A DNA stretch of 64,000 nucleotides from Zootoca vivipara (Eukaryota), in NCBI RefSeq assembly GCF_963506605.1, contig NC_083277.1, forward strand, positions 992,001 through 1,056,000, read 5' to 3'. A program made the position numbers and the translations under genes. The notes below the pieces were generated by a model that worked only from the letters and a program-made list of their open reading frames with translations, was not told the origin of the DNA and searched no databases. The first letter of the stretch is position 1. Each line of letters opens with the position of its first letter. This document shows, one piece after another, positions 12,468-25,200 of this stretch.

Positions 12468-12755
12468 AAATGTGGGAACAGCTTCTCTTCCAAGAGGAGT
12501 CTAGCTTCCCATAAAGAAATTCATACCGAGGGACAGCGTATCAGTGCTTGAAATGTAGGAAAGGCTTTGATAAAAGCACATACTTCCATCAACATAACAT
12601 TAGTCACCGAGGGCAGAAACTATTTCAGTGCCAAGAATATGGAAGGAGTTTCAATCTCACACCCAATCAAAAAAACTCACAGCAGCAAGAAGCCATATCA
12701 GCGCATGGAATGTGGAAAGAGATTGGGTAAGGGGGCCAGTTTCGTCGCAATAGGT
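12468..12755 (+). pseudogene. Decayed C2H2 fingers after the ZNF1 stop codon
   Basis: Frameshifted finger-like translations continue (KCRKGFDKSTYFHQHNISHRGQKLFQCQEYGRSF). Confidence 0.7.
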
Positions 12756-12939
12756 ATATATAGGATTTTAATTTTGGGAGACTTTGATTAGTATGTGGGC
12801 AAGGACTGGAAGAATGTTCTTGTCATTCAGCAACCCAGCAAGAGAACTTGACCAGAGGGGCATTTTTGACAGTGTCTCACGTATATTCCTCAAGCAGGTG
12901 ACCTTCCAACTGAAGTGTGGAACAAATAAGGAGAGTAAT

Positions 12940-13123
12940 AAAAAAATTCCTTCAGTAGCACCTTAAAGACCAACTAGGTTTTTATTTTGGTATGAGCTTT
13001 CGTGTGCTCATACCACACGAAAGCTCATACCAAAATAAAAACTTAGTTGGTCTTTAAGGTGCTACTGAAGGAATTTTTTTATTTTACTTCGACCCAGACC
13101 AACACGGCTACCTACCTGTAACC
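12940..13123. mobile_element. Penelope-like remnant forming a hairpin with about 67-bp arms
   Basis: 12940-13006 is the near-perfect reverse complement of 13014-13080, 7-nt loop; followed by ACACGGCTACCTACCTGTAACC. Confidence 0.7.
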
Positions 13124-13146
13124 AGAAATAAGGAGTGTGTTACTTT

Positions 13147-13739
13147 AAAGGTAAAGGTGCCCCTGACAGTTAAGTCCAGTCACGAACAACTCTGGGGTTG
13201 CGGCGCTCATCTCGCTCTATAGAAGAAGAAGAGTTTGGATTTGATATCCCGCTTTATCACTACCCAAAGGAGTCTCAAAGAGGCTAACATTCTCCTTTCC
13301 CTTCCTCCCCCACAACAAACACTCTGTGAGGTGAGTGGGGCTGAGAGACTTCAGAGAAGTGTGACTAGCCCAAGGTAACCCAGCAGCTGCATGTGGAGGA
13401 GCGGAGACTTGAACCCGGTCCCCAGATTATGAGTTTACCGCTCCTAACCACTACACCACACTGGCCGAGGGAGCCGGCATTTTTCCGCAGACTGTTTCCG
13501 GGTCGTGTGGCCAGCATGACAAAGCCGCTTCTGGTGAACCAGAGCAGCGCACGGAAATGCCGTTTACCTTCCCGCTGGTGCAGTACCTATTTATGTACTT
13601 GCACCTTGACGTGCTTTTGAACTGCTAGGTGAGCAGAAGCTGGGACAAAACAACGGGAGCTCACCCCGTTCAAACCGCCGACCTTCCGACTGGCAAGCCC
13701 TAGGCTCTGTGGTTTAGACCACAGCGCCGCCCGCATCCC
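13147..13739 (-). mobile_element. Sauria SINE, interrupted by a Squam3-type SINE
   Basis: (ACCTTT)n tail and tRNA-related head on -; GTGTGTTACTTTA duplicated at both flanks. Confidence 0.85.
13221..13464 (-). mobile_element. tRNA-derived SINE (Squam3-like) nested in the Sauria SINE
   Basis: Head CCAGTGTGGTGTAGTGGTTA with pol III A/B boxes, (CTT)n tail; other copies at 15846, 20837 and 33775. Confidence 0.8.
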
Positions 13740-13910
13740 TGTGTGTTACTTTAGCAAATGCCAAAAATACTGTCCCTATTCCAGTCAATGGAGAGGCAAC
13801 AGGTGGCAAGTTAAAGAGTGGTTATTCAAAGGTGCAGGAGTGAATCTTTGTTTTGATATCTCCAAAAGAACCCGAAACAAATAATGCATAAAGGTTTTAT
13901 ACGACTGTAG

Positions 13911-13911
13911 A

Positions 13912-13958
<47 letters not shown>
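13911..13958. repeat. (AAT)n microsatellite
   Basis: Perfect AAT run. Confidence 0.9.
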
Positions 13959-13960
<2 letters not shown>

Positions 13961-14404
13961 TATTTGAATATGTGCATGGAGAAGACATAGAGAAGTCAGA
14001 AATTTATTCTGCTCGTCTACAGGGCAGTTAATACCTGACCCTTATTTTGAGCGCAGGTCAGGCGTCAGTGGTCTTGAGGTTGCAACTGGGGAAACGTTTT
14101 GCTGTTTCAACAACTCTGGATACGTGGTGGTGGTGACTGTGGGAACAAAGTTAGGCCAACCTGTTACTCAGCTGGGTATGTGATGTGCCAACTTCTGGGT
14201 TATGGCTCCCAGGTATTGTCATTCCTCCCAGGTATCTTCCCCCCCCTTTGAAGGACGTACCAGTGTCAATACCTGGACTGGTGTAAACTGAGGGTTTCGA
14301 GGGATATTCAGCAATATGCGGAAGCAGATCCAATTCACAAGGAGTAACAACCCTCTTGCTATGCTTGCTAATAGTGCTTCAACCCTTTTTCGTGTTCACG
14401 CAAA

Positions 14405-14638
14405 AGAATCATAGAATCATAGAGTTGGAAGAGACCCCAAGGGCCATCCAGTCAAACCCCCTGCCAAGCAGGAAACACCATCAAAGCATTCTTGACATAT
14501 GGCTGTCAAGCCTCCGCTTAAATACCTCCAAAGAAGGAGACTCCACCACACTCCTTGGTAGCAAGTTCCACTGCCGAACAGCTCTTACTGTCGGGAAGTT
14601 CTTCCTAATGTTTAGGCGGAATCTTCTTTCTTGTAGTT
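14405..14638 (-). mobile_element. CR1 3' end fragment
   Basis: (AGAATCAT)n tail and the same CR1 3' sequence as 39276-40184. Confidence 0.85.
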
Positions 14639-14659
14639 AGAAGAGAAAGAGAGGAAAAG

Positions 14660-15600
14660 ATTAATGGAAGGGGGGGATTAAAGGATTTCTGGCTCTCTGT
14701 CCTGCAGCAAAACACATTATTTACTCATTCAGATCCAAGTGTTCTATCTTCTCTAAACCGGTAAATCCAGATATTAAAAGTTCATTTTCTCTTTCACAGA
14801 AAAACGCCATAGGAAGCTGAAATCCTTAATAAATGTCAGTGATGATTTTTCTCTAATTAAGCATGTTAACTTTGCCATTTGAGCCAACTCCAATAGTTTC
14901 ATCAGCCATTCCTCTATGTAGTGGGTTGACCTGTATCTTTTCATCTTTGTGTATATAGCAATCTTGCTGCTGAAATCGTATATTGAAGTAATCTTCCATA
15001 ATCATAGAGTTGGAAGAGACCACAAGGGCCATGCAGTCCTTTCCTAATTGTGTGTCCAGAAAGAGGGCCTGGCTTCAACTGAATATTAACTTTCAAAATC
15101 TGCTGTATCAATGTATGTATTTGAATCCAAAATGTATTCTAGCCTTTTTACATGTCCACCCAGCATGATAAAATGTCCCTTTGTGTTCTTGGGATTCCCA
15201 GTAAACATTTGAAACATCTTTATACATTCTGAAAAGTTTTTCGGGAGTTAAATACCAGCGACGTCACTTTATGAGAAATCTCTTTGAGATCACAACAAAA
15301 TGTAAATTCTAACTCCTCAGTCCACATAAGTTCCCACTGTTCCCACTGTATATTATAACCAGAGTTTTTGCCCCTTTCACCTGTTCTTCAGTCTCAAATT
15401 TCAGCAATGGTTTATACATTTTGCATCATCTGTGCACTGTGGAGTTTCAAAGTCTGTCTTTTCTTGCTCTGTACCAGCTTTTTATCCAGCTTAAGTCTCT
15501 CTACTAACCACATATGAGGGAACCAATCAAGATTGTAACCGTCCATTATGAATTGCTCCCTCGCTTTCCTGTGGAAATCCTGTGAACTCAGTTCCGGCAT
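14660..15600 (-). mobile_element. Degenerate L1-clade LINE ORF2 C-terminal fragment
   Basis: Minus strand encodes an [17 protein letters not shown]-like zinc-knuckle region; paralogous copy at about 30018-30640. Confidence 0.55.
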
Positions 15601-15845
15601 CTTTTTTCTAGAAAAATAGCACAGCTGATGCCAAAATACTTTACTTCACCCCCAAGGTTGAGCTTCTCTCTTACCTCCCAGGTCCCACTCCACAAAATAT
15701 AACCCATAATCTTTAAAAAATCATTAAATACAGATGATTGTTTATGCAGCCCAGTGAACAGTTTCAGAATTTCTTGAAAGGATGTCGCATTGCTCCAGAG
15801 ACAGAGGCCATGACGCTGGGCTTTGCTGCATCCAAAGAGGAAGGG

Positions 15846-16113
15846 GAAGAAGAAGAGGAGGAGGAGGAGGAGGAGTTTGGATTCGATATCCCGCTTTATC
15901 ACTCCCAGAAGGAGTCTCAAAGCGGGTAACATTCTCCTTTCCCTTCCTCTCCCACAACAAACACTCTGTGAGGTAAGTGGGGATGAGAGACTTCAAAGAA
16001 GTTTCACTACTGTAGCCCAAGGTCACCCAGCAGCTGCATGTGGAGGAGCGGGAAATCGAACCCAGTTCACCAGATTACGAGTCCACCGCTCTTAACCACT
16101 ACACCACACTGGC
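15846..16113 (-). mobile_element. Squam3-like SINE
   Basis: Same family as 13221-13464. Confidence 0.8.
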
Positions 16114-17417
16114 AGTCCGGCAGATCACAGTCTTGGTGCCTGGACTGTGACACCTGGCTTCTAAATCAGAATTAAGCCATTGTCACAGAAATCACATCAC
16201 ACCCTTTAACCTGCTTGGTTATAGGCAGCCCAGTTATTTAGGTCAAGAAATCTGAAGTTGGGGGGCCTGGAATGCCAAGGAGACTTTGTACACACCCTGC
16301 ATTGGAAGCACACACCCTGCAAAACACACCCATACTGGAATGTATTTTAAAGTTGTTGTTTTTTAAACATTCCTTTTATGTGTCTTCTTTATGTTCCTTT
16401 GGTGCAACTTTTTCAGGTTCCATTTTTGATGGAGTGTTGCTACTTCTGTATCAAACCGTAATATATTTTAAGATTTAATGTAACAGTAGAAATGCGCCAT
16501 TTTATTCACAGTGATCTGCACTGCTAAAGTATCATAAATTTCCATTAACCTGCTGGCACAAGTTTAATGTTGTTTGGAGACTATAACTCCCAGGAATTTC
16601 ATATTAGCTATGTGTTTGGTGTGTGTTCAGCACACAGAATTGTAGGTGAGATTGAATAAAATGTGTCCCAGGAAATTCACTTTGACTTCTTCATTGTTTC
16701 AAATGTAAGTTCATTTACAGATAAGAATAGACCCAGGGCTGGATTTATGTATAGGCTAAGTAGGCTGAAGCCTAGGGCCTCTAAATCTAGGGGGCCTCCC
16801 CAGACTGCCTGCTCCCCAGCAGGCAGTATTCCTTTTCCCCAGATTGCAAGCCCAAGACTTCATGCAAGGGCATGCAAGGGCAACTTAGGCCCAGCAACTA
16901 TGAGACTCAGGGCCAGCCAGTGTGGCCCAACTGAAACTCTGGGGCCCACACAGGGGGGAAACACTTCTTTAAAAAAAACCAAAACCTTTCATACACACAC
17001 ACACATTTAACTGATTTTACATTCATTTTGACATTTGAAAACTTGACTTCCTTCCCCCTCTTTCTGATTAGAACAACATTGGAATGGTGTAAATCCCTCC
17101 CTGGAGTTATTTTATATTAATTCCTAAAGGTTTTCGCTACAAATGTAGCAAAAGTGGTTTTGAGTGCCTGTTCTCACGTTCCCTTATTCCCAGTGGGGCT
17201 GCAGTACCTGTTCCGTAACTCTGATTGGATGGGATATCAGTAGCTGTCAACATAAGGGGACTTTATTGGCTGCTAGTTTGACGGTTGGGCCTGGTGATTG
17301 GCCAGCTGTTTTATGAATGGAAAGGTCAGCGCAAGCGCTCTACGCTTATCTACCAGGGGTGTGTGTGTGTGTCACTTTGGATAAGGAGAGGAAAAGGGGT
17401 GTAGTATAGCATAGTAT

Positions 17418-17531
17418 AAGTTACAGGTAGGTAGCCGTGTTGGTCTGACGTAGTCGAAGCAAAAAATGAAAAAATTCCTTCCAGTAGCACCTTAGAGACC
17501 AACTAAGTTTGCATGCACACTTCTTCAGATT
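17418..17531. mobile_element. Penelope-like terminal remnant
   Basis: GTTACAGGTAGGTAGCCGTG...CCAGTAGCACCTTAGAGACCAACTAAG...CACTTCTTCAGAT. Confidence 0.6.
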
Positions 17532-17537
17532 ATAGTA

Positions 17538-17964
17538 CAGTGGAACCTCGGTTTATGAACACCTCGGTTTATGAATTTTCGGTTTATGAACACTGCGGAC
17601 CCATCTGGAACGGATTAATTCATTTTCCATTACTTTCAATGGGAAAGTTTGCTTCAGTTTATGAACGCTTCAGTTTATGAACAGACTTCCGGAACCAATT
17701 ACACCCATGCTTCAGTTTATGAACACTTCAGTTTAAGTACTCCGCGGACCCGTCTGGAACGGATTAATCCACTTTCCATTACTTTCAATGGGAAAGTTCG
17801 CTTCAGTTTATGAACGCTTCAGTTTAAGTACCCTGAGGACCGTCTGGAACAGATTAATCCACTTTCCATTACTTTCAATAGGAAAGTTCGCTTCAGTTTA
17901 TGAACGCTTCAGTTTATGAACAGACTTCCGGAACCAATTGTGTTCATAAACCAAGGTACCACTG
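17538..17964. mobile_element. Tigger-like MITE with internal tandem repeats
   Basis: TA|CAGTGGAACCTCGGTTTATGAAC ... GTTCATAAACCAAGGTACCACTG|TA; internal repeats of CTTCAGTTTATGAAC and CACTTTCCATTACTTTCAATGGGAAAG. Confidence 0.8.
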
Positions 17965-18319
17965 TATAGTAATAGGGGTGTCAATGAGGTGCAGTTTAAG
18001 GCACAATATCCCATTTAAGGAATGCCCGTTTTTCCGGAGGTGCAAGGCTTTCCTGCGCTTCTCCTTTCAAAGTATCAGGACTCACTCACTTCTCCATCCC
18101 TGGATTTCTGCCCTTGATCGCCACACACCAAGAAAGTGCATCCCGAAATAGAAGCTTGCAAAAGGTGTGCATGCTTGCATGGAAGTCAGTTACAATGAAA
18201 CGTCAATAAATATGTTTCCATAAATGTCAATAAACAATAAATAAATGCATCTCTGGGGGGGTGGGGGATGCACGAGGAGGAGAGAGAGCGGTGCTCCGGT
18301 TGTGCTCGGCTTGCCAAGA

Positions 18320-18441
18320 GTTAAAAGGAAGAGAGCTGGATTCCTAGAGAGGACAGGAAGTGGAGGTGCGGGGGGGGGCAGGTCCTCCCCAGCCAAGGCC
18401 CCTCTCTGCTTGGGTCTCCCTCTCTCTGTCTGGGGGTGAGT
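18320..18441 (+). promoter_or_regulatory. Putative promoter and non-coding exon 1 of ZNF paralogue 2
   Basis: Paralogous to 5750-5877: CTAGAGAGGACAGGAAGTGGAGGTGCGG ... GG|GTGAGT (GT at 18436). Confidence 0.55.
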
Positions 18442-18895
18442 CTGGCCTCCCTTTCCCTTTGGGTGCAATGGGGAGGTGGGGGTCCCAGGGCTGCCTGCAG
18501 GGGAGGAGGATGGGGGGGGGCTGGTCGGATCATGCATGGGGGGCGCCTAATCTGAGTGTAGACATTCCCTGCCCTCCTTTGCGGCCAAACCAGGGAGGGG
18601 GCCAGAGCTCTCCTTCCTCTTCTTGCTTGCCCCGTTGGGGAGGGAGGGGTCTTGGGCGGGGGGGGGGAGGAGAGGCTGCGGATAAAGCCCTCGACTCTCC
18701 ATAAAGAGTTGAAGAGGGGGGGGACATTTTTTCTCCTTACCGGTCGCTCCAGCATTGCTACTGCGTCTTTTTTTCTGGGAGATCAAGGAGACCAGGAGAC
18801 AGCAGAAACTGCAACATTTTTGGCAGGGCCCAAAAGCTTTCTGAAATGTATAAAAACATGCCATATATCTGTTGGCGATGTGGAAAGCAGGTGGT

Positions 18896-20055
18896 AGAAT
18901 CATAGAGTTGGAAGAGACCACAGGGGCCATCCAGTCCAACCCCCTGCCAAGCAGAAAACACCATCAAAGCATTCCAGACATATGCCTGTCAAGCCTCCGC
19001 TTAAAGACCTCCAAAGAAGGAGACTCCACCACACTCCTTGGCAGCAAGTTCCACTGTCGAACAGCTCTTACTGTCAGGAAGTTCTTCCTAATGTTTAGGT
19101 GGAATCTTCTTTCTTGTAGTTTATAAGATATAAGATAAGATATCTTTATTGTCATTGTCCCCTTGCGGGAACAACGAAATTACTCGGTTGCTACATCCAC
19201 TCCGATAAAGAATTCCGCATAATCCAAAATTATAAAAACCTAATTAAAAACAGTAAATATAATACAAAATAACAAGTAAAATAAGATGACTTCAAAGTCC
19301 AGGCTTTCCATTTAAGGCCAAAATCGCTCTAGAGAAGAAACTGTTCCTGAGACGGCTCGTTCTTGCCTGCATAGTTCTATATCTCCGTCCCGATGGCAGG
19401 AGCTGAAAGAAATGGTGGCCAGGGTGCGTTGGATCTCTTGATATATCTAGTGCTTTTTTATGGCACCTGGTGGTGTAAATTTGTTCTAAGGTGGTGAGTG
19501 AGCAGCCAATAATGCTCTCTGCTGTTTTAATAATTCTACACAGCCCTGCTCTGTCCTGGGAAGTACAGCTTCCGTACCACACACATAAACCGTACGTGAG
19601 CACGCTCTGTATGGCACAGTGATAGAAGGCAAGCAGCAGCTTTTGTGGAAGATGGTTTTTCCTTAAAATTCTCAAAAAATACAGTCTCTGCTGCGCCTTC
19701 TTCACAAGCCCCCTTGTATTAACACTCTAGGACAGATCCTCCTGTAACTCAATGCCTAGAAATCTAAACGTTGTTACCCTCTCCACACAAATTTGAATCC
19801 GTTGCTCCGTGTCCGCTTCCCTGGAGCAGCAGAAAACAACCTTTCTCCCTCTTCCATATGACATCCTTTTATATATTTGAACATGGCTATCATCTCACCC
19901 CTTAACCTTCTCGTCTCCAGGCTAAACATACCCAGCTCCCTAAGCCGTTCCTCATAAGGCATCGTTTCCAGGACTTTGACCATTTTGGTTGCCCTCTTCT
20001 GGACATGTTCCAGCTTGTCGGTATCCTTCTTGAACTGTGGTGCCCAGAACTGGAC
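18896..20055 (-). mobile_element. CR1 3' fragment split by a Rex1/Babar insertion
   Basis: 18896-19122 and 19792-20055 are contiguous CR1 sequence (...CTTGTAGTTT|GAATCC...). Confidence 0.85.
19123..19791 (-). mobile_element. Rex1/Babar-like LINE 3' fragment
   Basis: ORF 19292-19705(-) KKAQQRLYFLR...HPGHHFFQLLPSGRRYR...RLRNSFF is typical of the Rex1/Babar C-terminus; AATAAA plus (TCTTA)-type tail. Confidence 0.8.
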
Positions 20056-20480
20056 TGGTACCATGTTCTACGTATGGTGGACCTGCAGGAATAATCAAAG
20101 CGTTTTGGAACAATATATACCTAGAACTTTTTAAAAAATGTTTAACGTAAACATCACTGAAATACCTGGAAAATAGCTACCATACCCTAAATACGGTACA
20201 GTAGTTGCCTTTGAATGATTTCTGGGAATAATTGCTTTTAAAGAAACAGACGTTAATATAGCAACGATGGTTTTCTAAACAGCAATGACAAAATTATGTA
20301 ACATGTTTAATGAAAAAATGACTTTTATTGAGAGGATGGGAAGTCACAGGTTCATGAAGAAAATACATAGTCAAAATCGAATTTCCTGTAACCAATTATA
20401 CATTTACTGGATTCAAAGAGACAATTATGACCATATGTTGTATATATGTGTAAATGAATAGTGTATTGGGAGGGCATTTT
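20056..20480 (+). mobile_element. Degenerate L1-clade 3' fragment
   Basis: [10 protein letters not shown]-like motif followed by decayed AT-rich coding-like sequence. Confidence 0.4.
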
Positions 20481-20836
20481 TAGCAGTAAGATTCATGATT
20501 GGATTAACTTTCTAAAAAAAATTCAGCTTTTTTCTTTCTTTAATAAAAAGAAAGTCTTTTGGTTCACATGTTTTCTCTGTGCCTAAATCATTAACTACCT
20601 ACCTACCTACAACCACCCTGCACTTACCCACCAGGTGAGTCTTCTTCCTGGACCTCCCCTCCCACCAGAGTGAATTTGTCTTCAGACAAGACCCCAAAGG
20701 GGGTCCCCCCAAATCGGCTGCTCTGGCATAGGCCAGGTGACGAGAGTGGGATTGAGAGGAAGGGGGGTGGGGGGTCATGCACTGGCAAGCAAAGCCTTCA
20801 GGGCACGCGGCTCCCAGGTTTTGACCACCAGTGAAA

Positions 20837-21099
20837 GCCAGTGTGGTGTAGTGGTTAAAAGCGGTAGACTTGTAATCTGGGGAACCGGGTTCGTGTCTCC
20901 GCTCCTCCACATGCAGCTGCTGGGTGACCTTGGGCTAGTCACACCTCTTTGAAGTCTCTCAGCCTCACTCACCTCACAGAGTGTTTGTTGTGGGGGAGGA
21001 AGGGAAAGGAGAATGTTAGTCGCTTTGAGACTCCTGTGGGTAGTGATAAAGCGGGATATCAAATCCAAACTCCTCCTCCTCCTCCTCCTCTTCTTCTTC
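20837..21099 (+). mobile_element. Squam3-like SINE
   Basis: GCCAGTGTGGTGTAGTGGTT head, (CCT)/(CTT) tail. Confidence 0.8.
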
Positions 21100-21319
21100 T
21101 GCACCATTCGCAGGGGGTCTCCAAAGAGGACTCACTCCAAGGTCACCCAGAGAGCTTCAAGACTGAGTGGGGATTTGAACCTTAATCTCTGATGTCCTTG
21201 TCTGGCACTCTAACCACTGCACCCGAAGTACCTCTGCTTTGGGGCGCTCCATAAGAGAGGTAAATACATATGGGCATAGCAGCCAATTCCTATGCCAGGT
21301 GAGCCTCTCAATGGGGAGA

Positions 21320-22100
21320 GCGTTCAGTGATGGGGAGCCACTGCAGAGAAGGCCCTTTCTTGTGTTGCCACCCTCCAGGCATTAGAAGGTGATCTCAGGG
21401 TCCAGGTAGGTTCATATGGAAAGAGGCAGTTCTTGAGGTATTGCAGTCCTGAGCCGCTTAAGGCTTTATAGGTCAAAACCAGCACTTTGAATTGGGCCCG
21501 GAAGCTAATCAACAGCCAGTGCAGTTGGACCAGGATCAGTGCCATACACTCAAACCGTATTGCAACCTGGCCGCTGAATTCTGCAACAGGTGAAGTTTCC
21601 AAACCTTCCTTGGAGGCAGCCCTACATATAATGCATTGCAGTAGTCTAACCTTGAGGTTACCAGAGCATAGACAACAGTAGTCAGGCTATCCTTGTCCAG
21701 ATAGGGATGTTGCTGGGCCACCAACTGAAGCCGATGGAAGGCATTCCGGGCACTGAGGCCACCTGAGCTTCAAGCGACAGCAAAGGATCCAGGAGTTTGC
21801 TCAAGCTATGAGCCCGCTCCTTCAGAGGTAGGGTAACCCCATCAAGAGCAGGCGATCTCCCAGCCATCTGGTCTAGGGAACCACCCACTAACAAGGCCTC
21901 AGCCTTGTCTGCATTGAGTTTCAGTTTGAGCTGTGTGTCATCAGACCCTCCAAGGCCAATGGTCTCGAAAGCCGCTGAGAGGTCAAGGAGAATTAATGGG
22001 GACATGTTTCCCATTATGTCTCTCTCTAGACAGAGGTCATCCTACAGGGTGACCAAAGCAATTTCGGTGTCAAAACTGGGCCTAAACCCCAACTGAAACG
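21320..22100 (-). mobile_element. Degenerate L2 LINE fragment
   Basis: Translations LLDLSAAFETI, ALVTSRLDYCNALY and FRAQFKVLVLTYKAL in shifting frames. Confidence 0.8.
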
Positions 22101-22274
22101 GATCTTGAAAACTGACCAGTAGTTAGTTAGATCTTCTGATGGTTTATCAATTTTACAACAAAGCAACACATTTGTTTTTGTAGGATTTGCTGGCACCTCT
22201 GATTCACACAGACAGAACGTGGCAGAAGACCAAGGGATTCCCTCCGATCTCTTGGAGGCTTCCTGAGAGCCCAG

Positions 22275-25200
22275 ATGGAGGAGCAAGACTCAGCTGGCCC
22301 TGAAACGGGAAGAAGCCATGATATGCAAACTGGGAGAAGTGGGGGATCCTGGCAAAACTCCTTGCAAAGGATCCTAGGTGAGGAAGACACTCTTTGCTCC
22401 AATGTTCAGAGCCAGAAGCTCAGGCAGTTCTGCTACCAGGAGGCTGAAGGACCCCGTGAGGTTTGCAGCCAGTTCTACCGACTAGACCATCAGTGGCTGA
22501 AGCCAGAAAGGCACACGAAAGCTGAGATGCTGGACCTGGTGATCCTGGAGCAGTTCCTGGCTGTCCTTCCACTGGAGATGGAGAGCTGGGTGAGGGACTG
22601 TGGAGCGGAGACCAGTTCCCAGGCAGTGGCCCTGGCTGAAGGATTCCTCCTGAGTCAGGCAGAGGAGAGGAAGCAGGAAGAGAGAAAGCAGGTGAGAGAG
22701 ACTTTTCTCTGGATACTCACAAGGAGTTCCAAACAAGAGGGAGATTATTCCAAAATGCTCTACTAATGGAAAGCATTCTAAAGTCTTTGCCTCTCCTGTT
22801 CCCTTTCAAATCCTTCGTTTTCTGTTCTGAATCCTTGTTGCTCTTTCAGGAAAAGGGACTGTTAGCAGAATTGGACCCCAATTCCTCTGAGGCAGAGAGG
22901 ACTCCGTTGGACACCAGGGAGAGGCCAATGGGTAAGGAGGAAGGAGTTTTTACTCTGTCATATATAGTGGATTTTGAAACTAATAATTGGGTTCTTTTCA
23001 GGTTTTGAGGGGAGACATAGGAGACCATATGGGACGCAGGTAGCACTGTGGTCTAAACCACAGAGCTTAGGGCTTGCCGATCAGAAGGTCGGAAGGTCGG
23101 CGGATTGAATCCCTGTGACAGGGGGAGCTCCCGTTGCTCGGTCCCAGCTCCTGCCCACCTAGCAGTTCAAAAGCACATCAGAGTGCAAGTAGATAAATAG
23201 GTATCACTCCAGCGGGAAGGTAAACGGCATTTCCTTGTGCTGCTCTGGTTTGTCAGAAGTGGCTTAGTCATGCTGGCCACATGACCCAGAAGCTGTCTGC
23301 GGACAAACGCCGGCTCCCTCGGCCTATAGAGTGAGATGAGCGCTACAACGCCAGAGTCGTCCACGACTGGAGCTAATGGTCAGGGGTCCCTTTACCTTTA
23401 CCTATATGAGACCAAGAGCCCAGAGGAGCGGGGACAGTATTTTAACAGAAAAAATATGAAATGGCTAGAAATGTCAAAATGCCCTTAGCAAGTGAGACAT
23501 TTTTCTGAGGCTCGTCTGTAGTTCGAGATGCACAGCTGAACCACAGAGAGAAGCAGATGTTCTGGGTTTCCCACTTCCCTTTGTCTCTTGCAGGTGAGAG
23601 AACAATGCCAGCAAGACTTCCTCCTCCCTTTTTTCATGGTGGCAAAGGGGAAGCAGCGGCTGTGGAACCAAATCAGGTAGGGGGATGGAAACGTGGGGAA
23701 AGAGGCCGAGGTGTGGGGCAGCCAGTTTGCCTTTGAGCCGAACAAATCTCTCTCTTCCTCTTGGCTTTGGTCAAGGTTGCCGTTAACAAAGGCTGAAATG
23801 GCACTAGTATTGTTTGACAGCATTTGCCGTTTTCTTCATATACTTAACACTGAAAGCTAATATCAGCTTCTAAGCAGTTGGCCAACCATAAAAAGTGATC
23901 GGGATTCACCCAACTAGCCTCATCAGCTGCACATTGTGGTGTTTCACCATTTGCAGAAAAGCGAATTGCTGTTTTGGGCCTCCATCTGACTTGAGAGTCT
24001 GCTGTGGCTGCAGAGACTAGTAAGTTGACCTCCCTGGGGCACAAGCCTGGGCAGTGTGGATGGAGGTCCTGGGCTGCCCAGATGACAAAACCTCACTCTT
24101 GGCCTTGCTGATATGGTCCTAAGGAAAGAAGAGCAAGATCAGTTGTGCTGTACGAGTTGCCGGAAGTAGCTCTACAAGACTCTAACCACCTTGGGGACCA
24201 CACTCCAGATTTGTATAGGTTTTACGCCTTAGCCTTTTCTTCTCCTGAAGAGATCCTGCAAGGCAGAGGAGGTTTAGGATCAAAGTTTTCCTTCTCTCAG
24301 TTGGGTTCCCTTCCCAGGTTGGCAAGCCCCATCTGCTCCTCTCTTCCTCCTACAAACACATGCAGAAGCCACCATCATCTTGGTCTCATCCGCTCAATCT
24401 GTCAAAGCCTATCTTCACATGCAAGACACATTGCTATCTTACTGAGGGTTAGAGACTTGTTGGCTCGTCTCAACTGGTTTAGCTGGCCAGTCAAAGCCGT
24501 TGACAGATTGTGGCTGCTATCTCATGCTGACAGATTCCAGGAGCCACAGGTGAGAGCAGAGTGTAGGATGGGGGCCAAAGGTGGACTAACTACCCCAGAA
24601 GGAGCAGGGTGTGTCCCCCACCAAGGGTACTATCACCCCACACACCCCACAAGGATGAATACTCATCATTAAAACACACAATAAAAGAGTTCCACTAAGA
24701 TGTTAAAACAAGCATCCATAATTAAAATGTGCACAAAACAATCCCATTCAAACATGACAACCACAGAGCAATGGGGTGTAGAGCATCTTTATGTTGTCTA
24801 AGAGGAGGACATTTCCCTCTTTCTTTTAGGGTCCAGTGTGTTTTGAAGATGTCGCTGTTTGTTTCTCAGACGAGGAATGGGTGTTGCTGGATCCTGACCA
24901 GAGAGCTCTGCATAAGGAAGTCATGGAGGAGAATCGTGGGATCCTGGACTCTCTCGGTAAGGCTCCCTGCTGGATCATAATATCTGTTTTGAAATTCCAT
25001 GCGTATCTCTATGTGATGAATCACCAATATTTTGATGGAGCTCAGCAAGTGTCTGGAATTCCAATATCCCCACCGTGAACCCCAAATGGAGGGATTTACT
25101 CTGTTAATATTCTTTCTCCAGATGTTCTCATCATCACCATCTTTTTATTTGTATGCTGCCTTTCCACAGTTAAAACAATGCTCAAGGCGGCTTACAATAT

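Noticed and set aside
17221-17302. Cluster of three ATTGG boxes about 1 kb upstream of ZNF2 exon 1
   Set aside because: No X box at the right spacing and no counterpart seen upstream of ZNF1; function unsupported
20837-20910. tRNA-like sequence with A/B boxes
   Set aside because: Head of a dispersed SINE present in four copies here, not a tRNA gene
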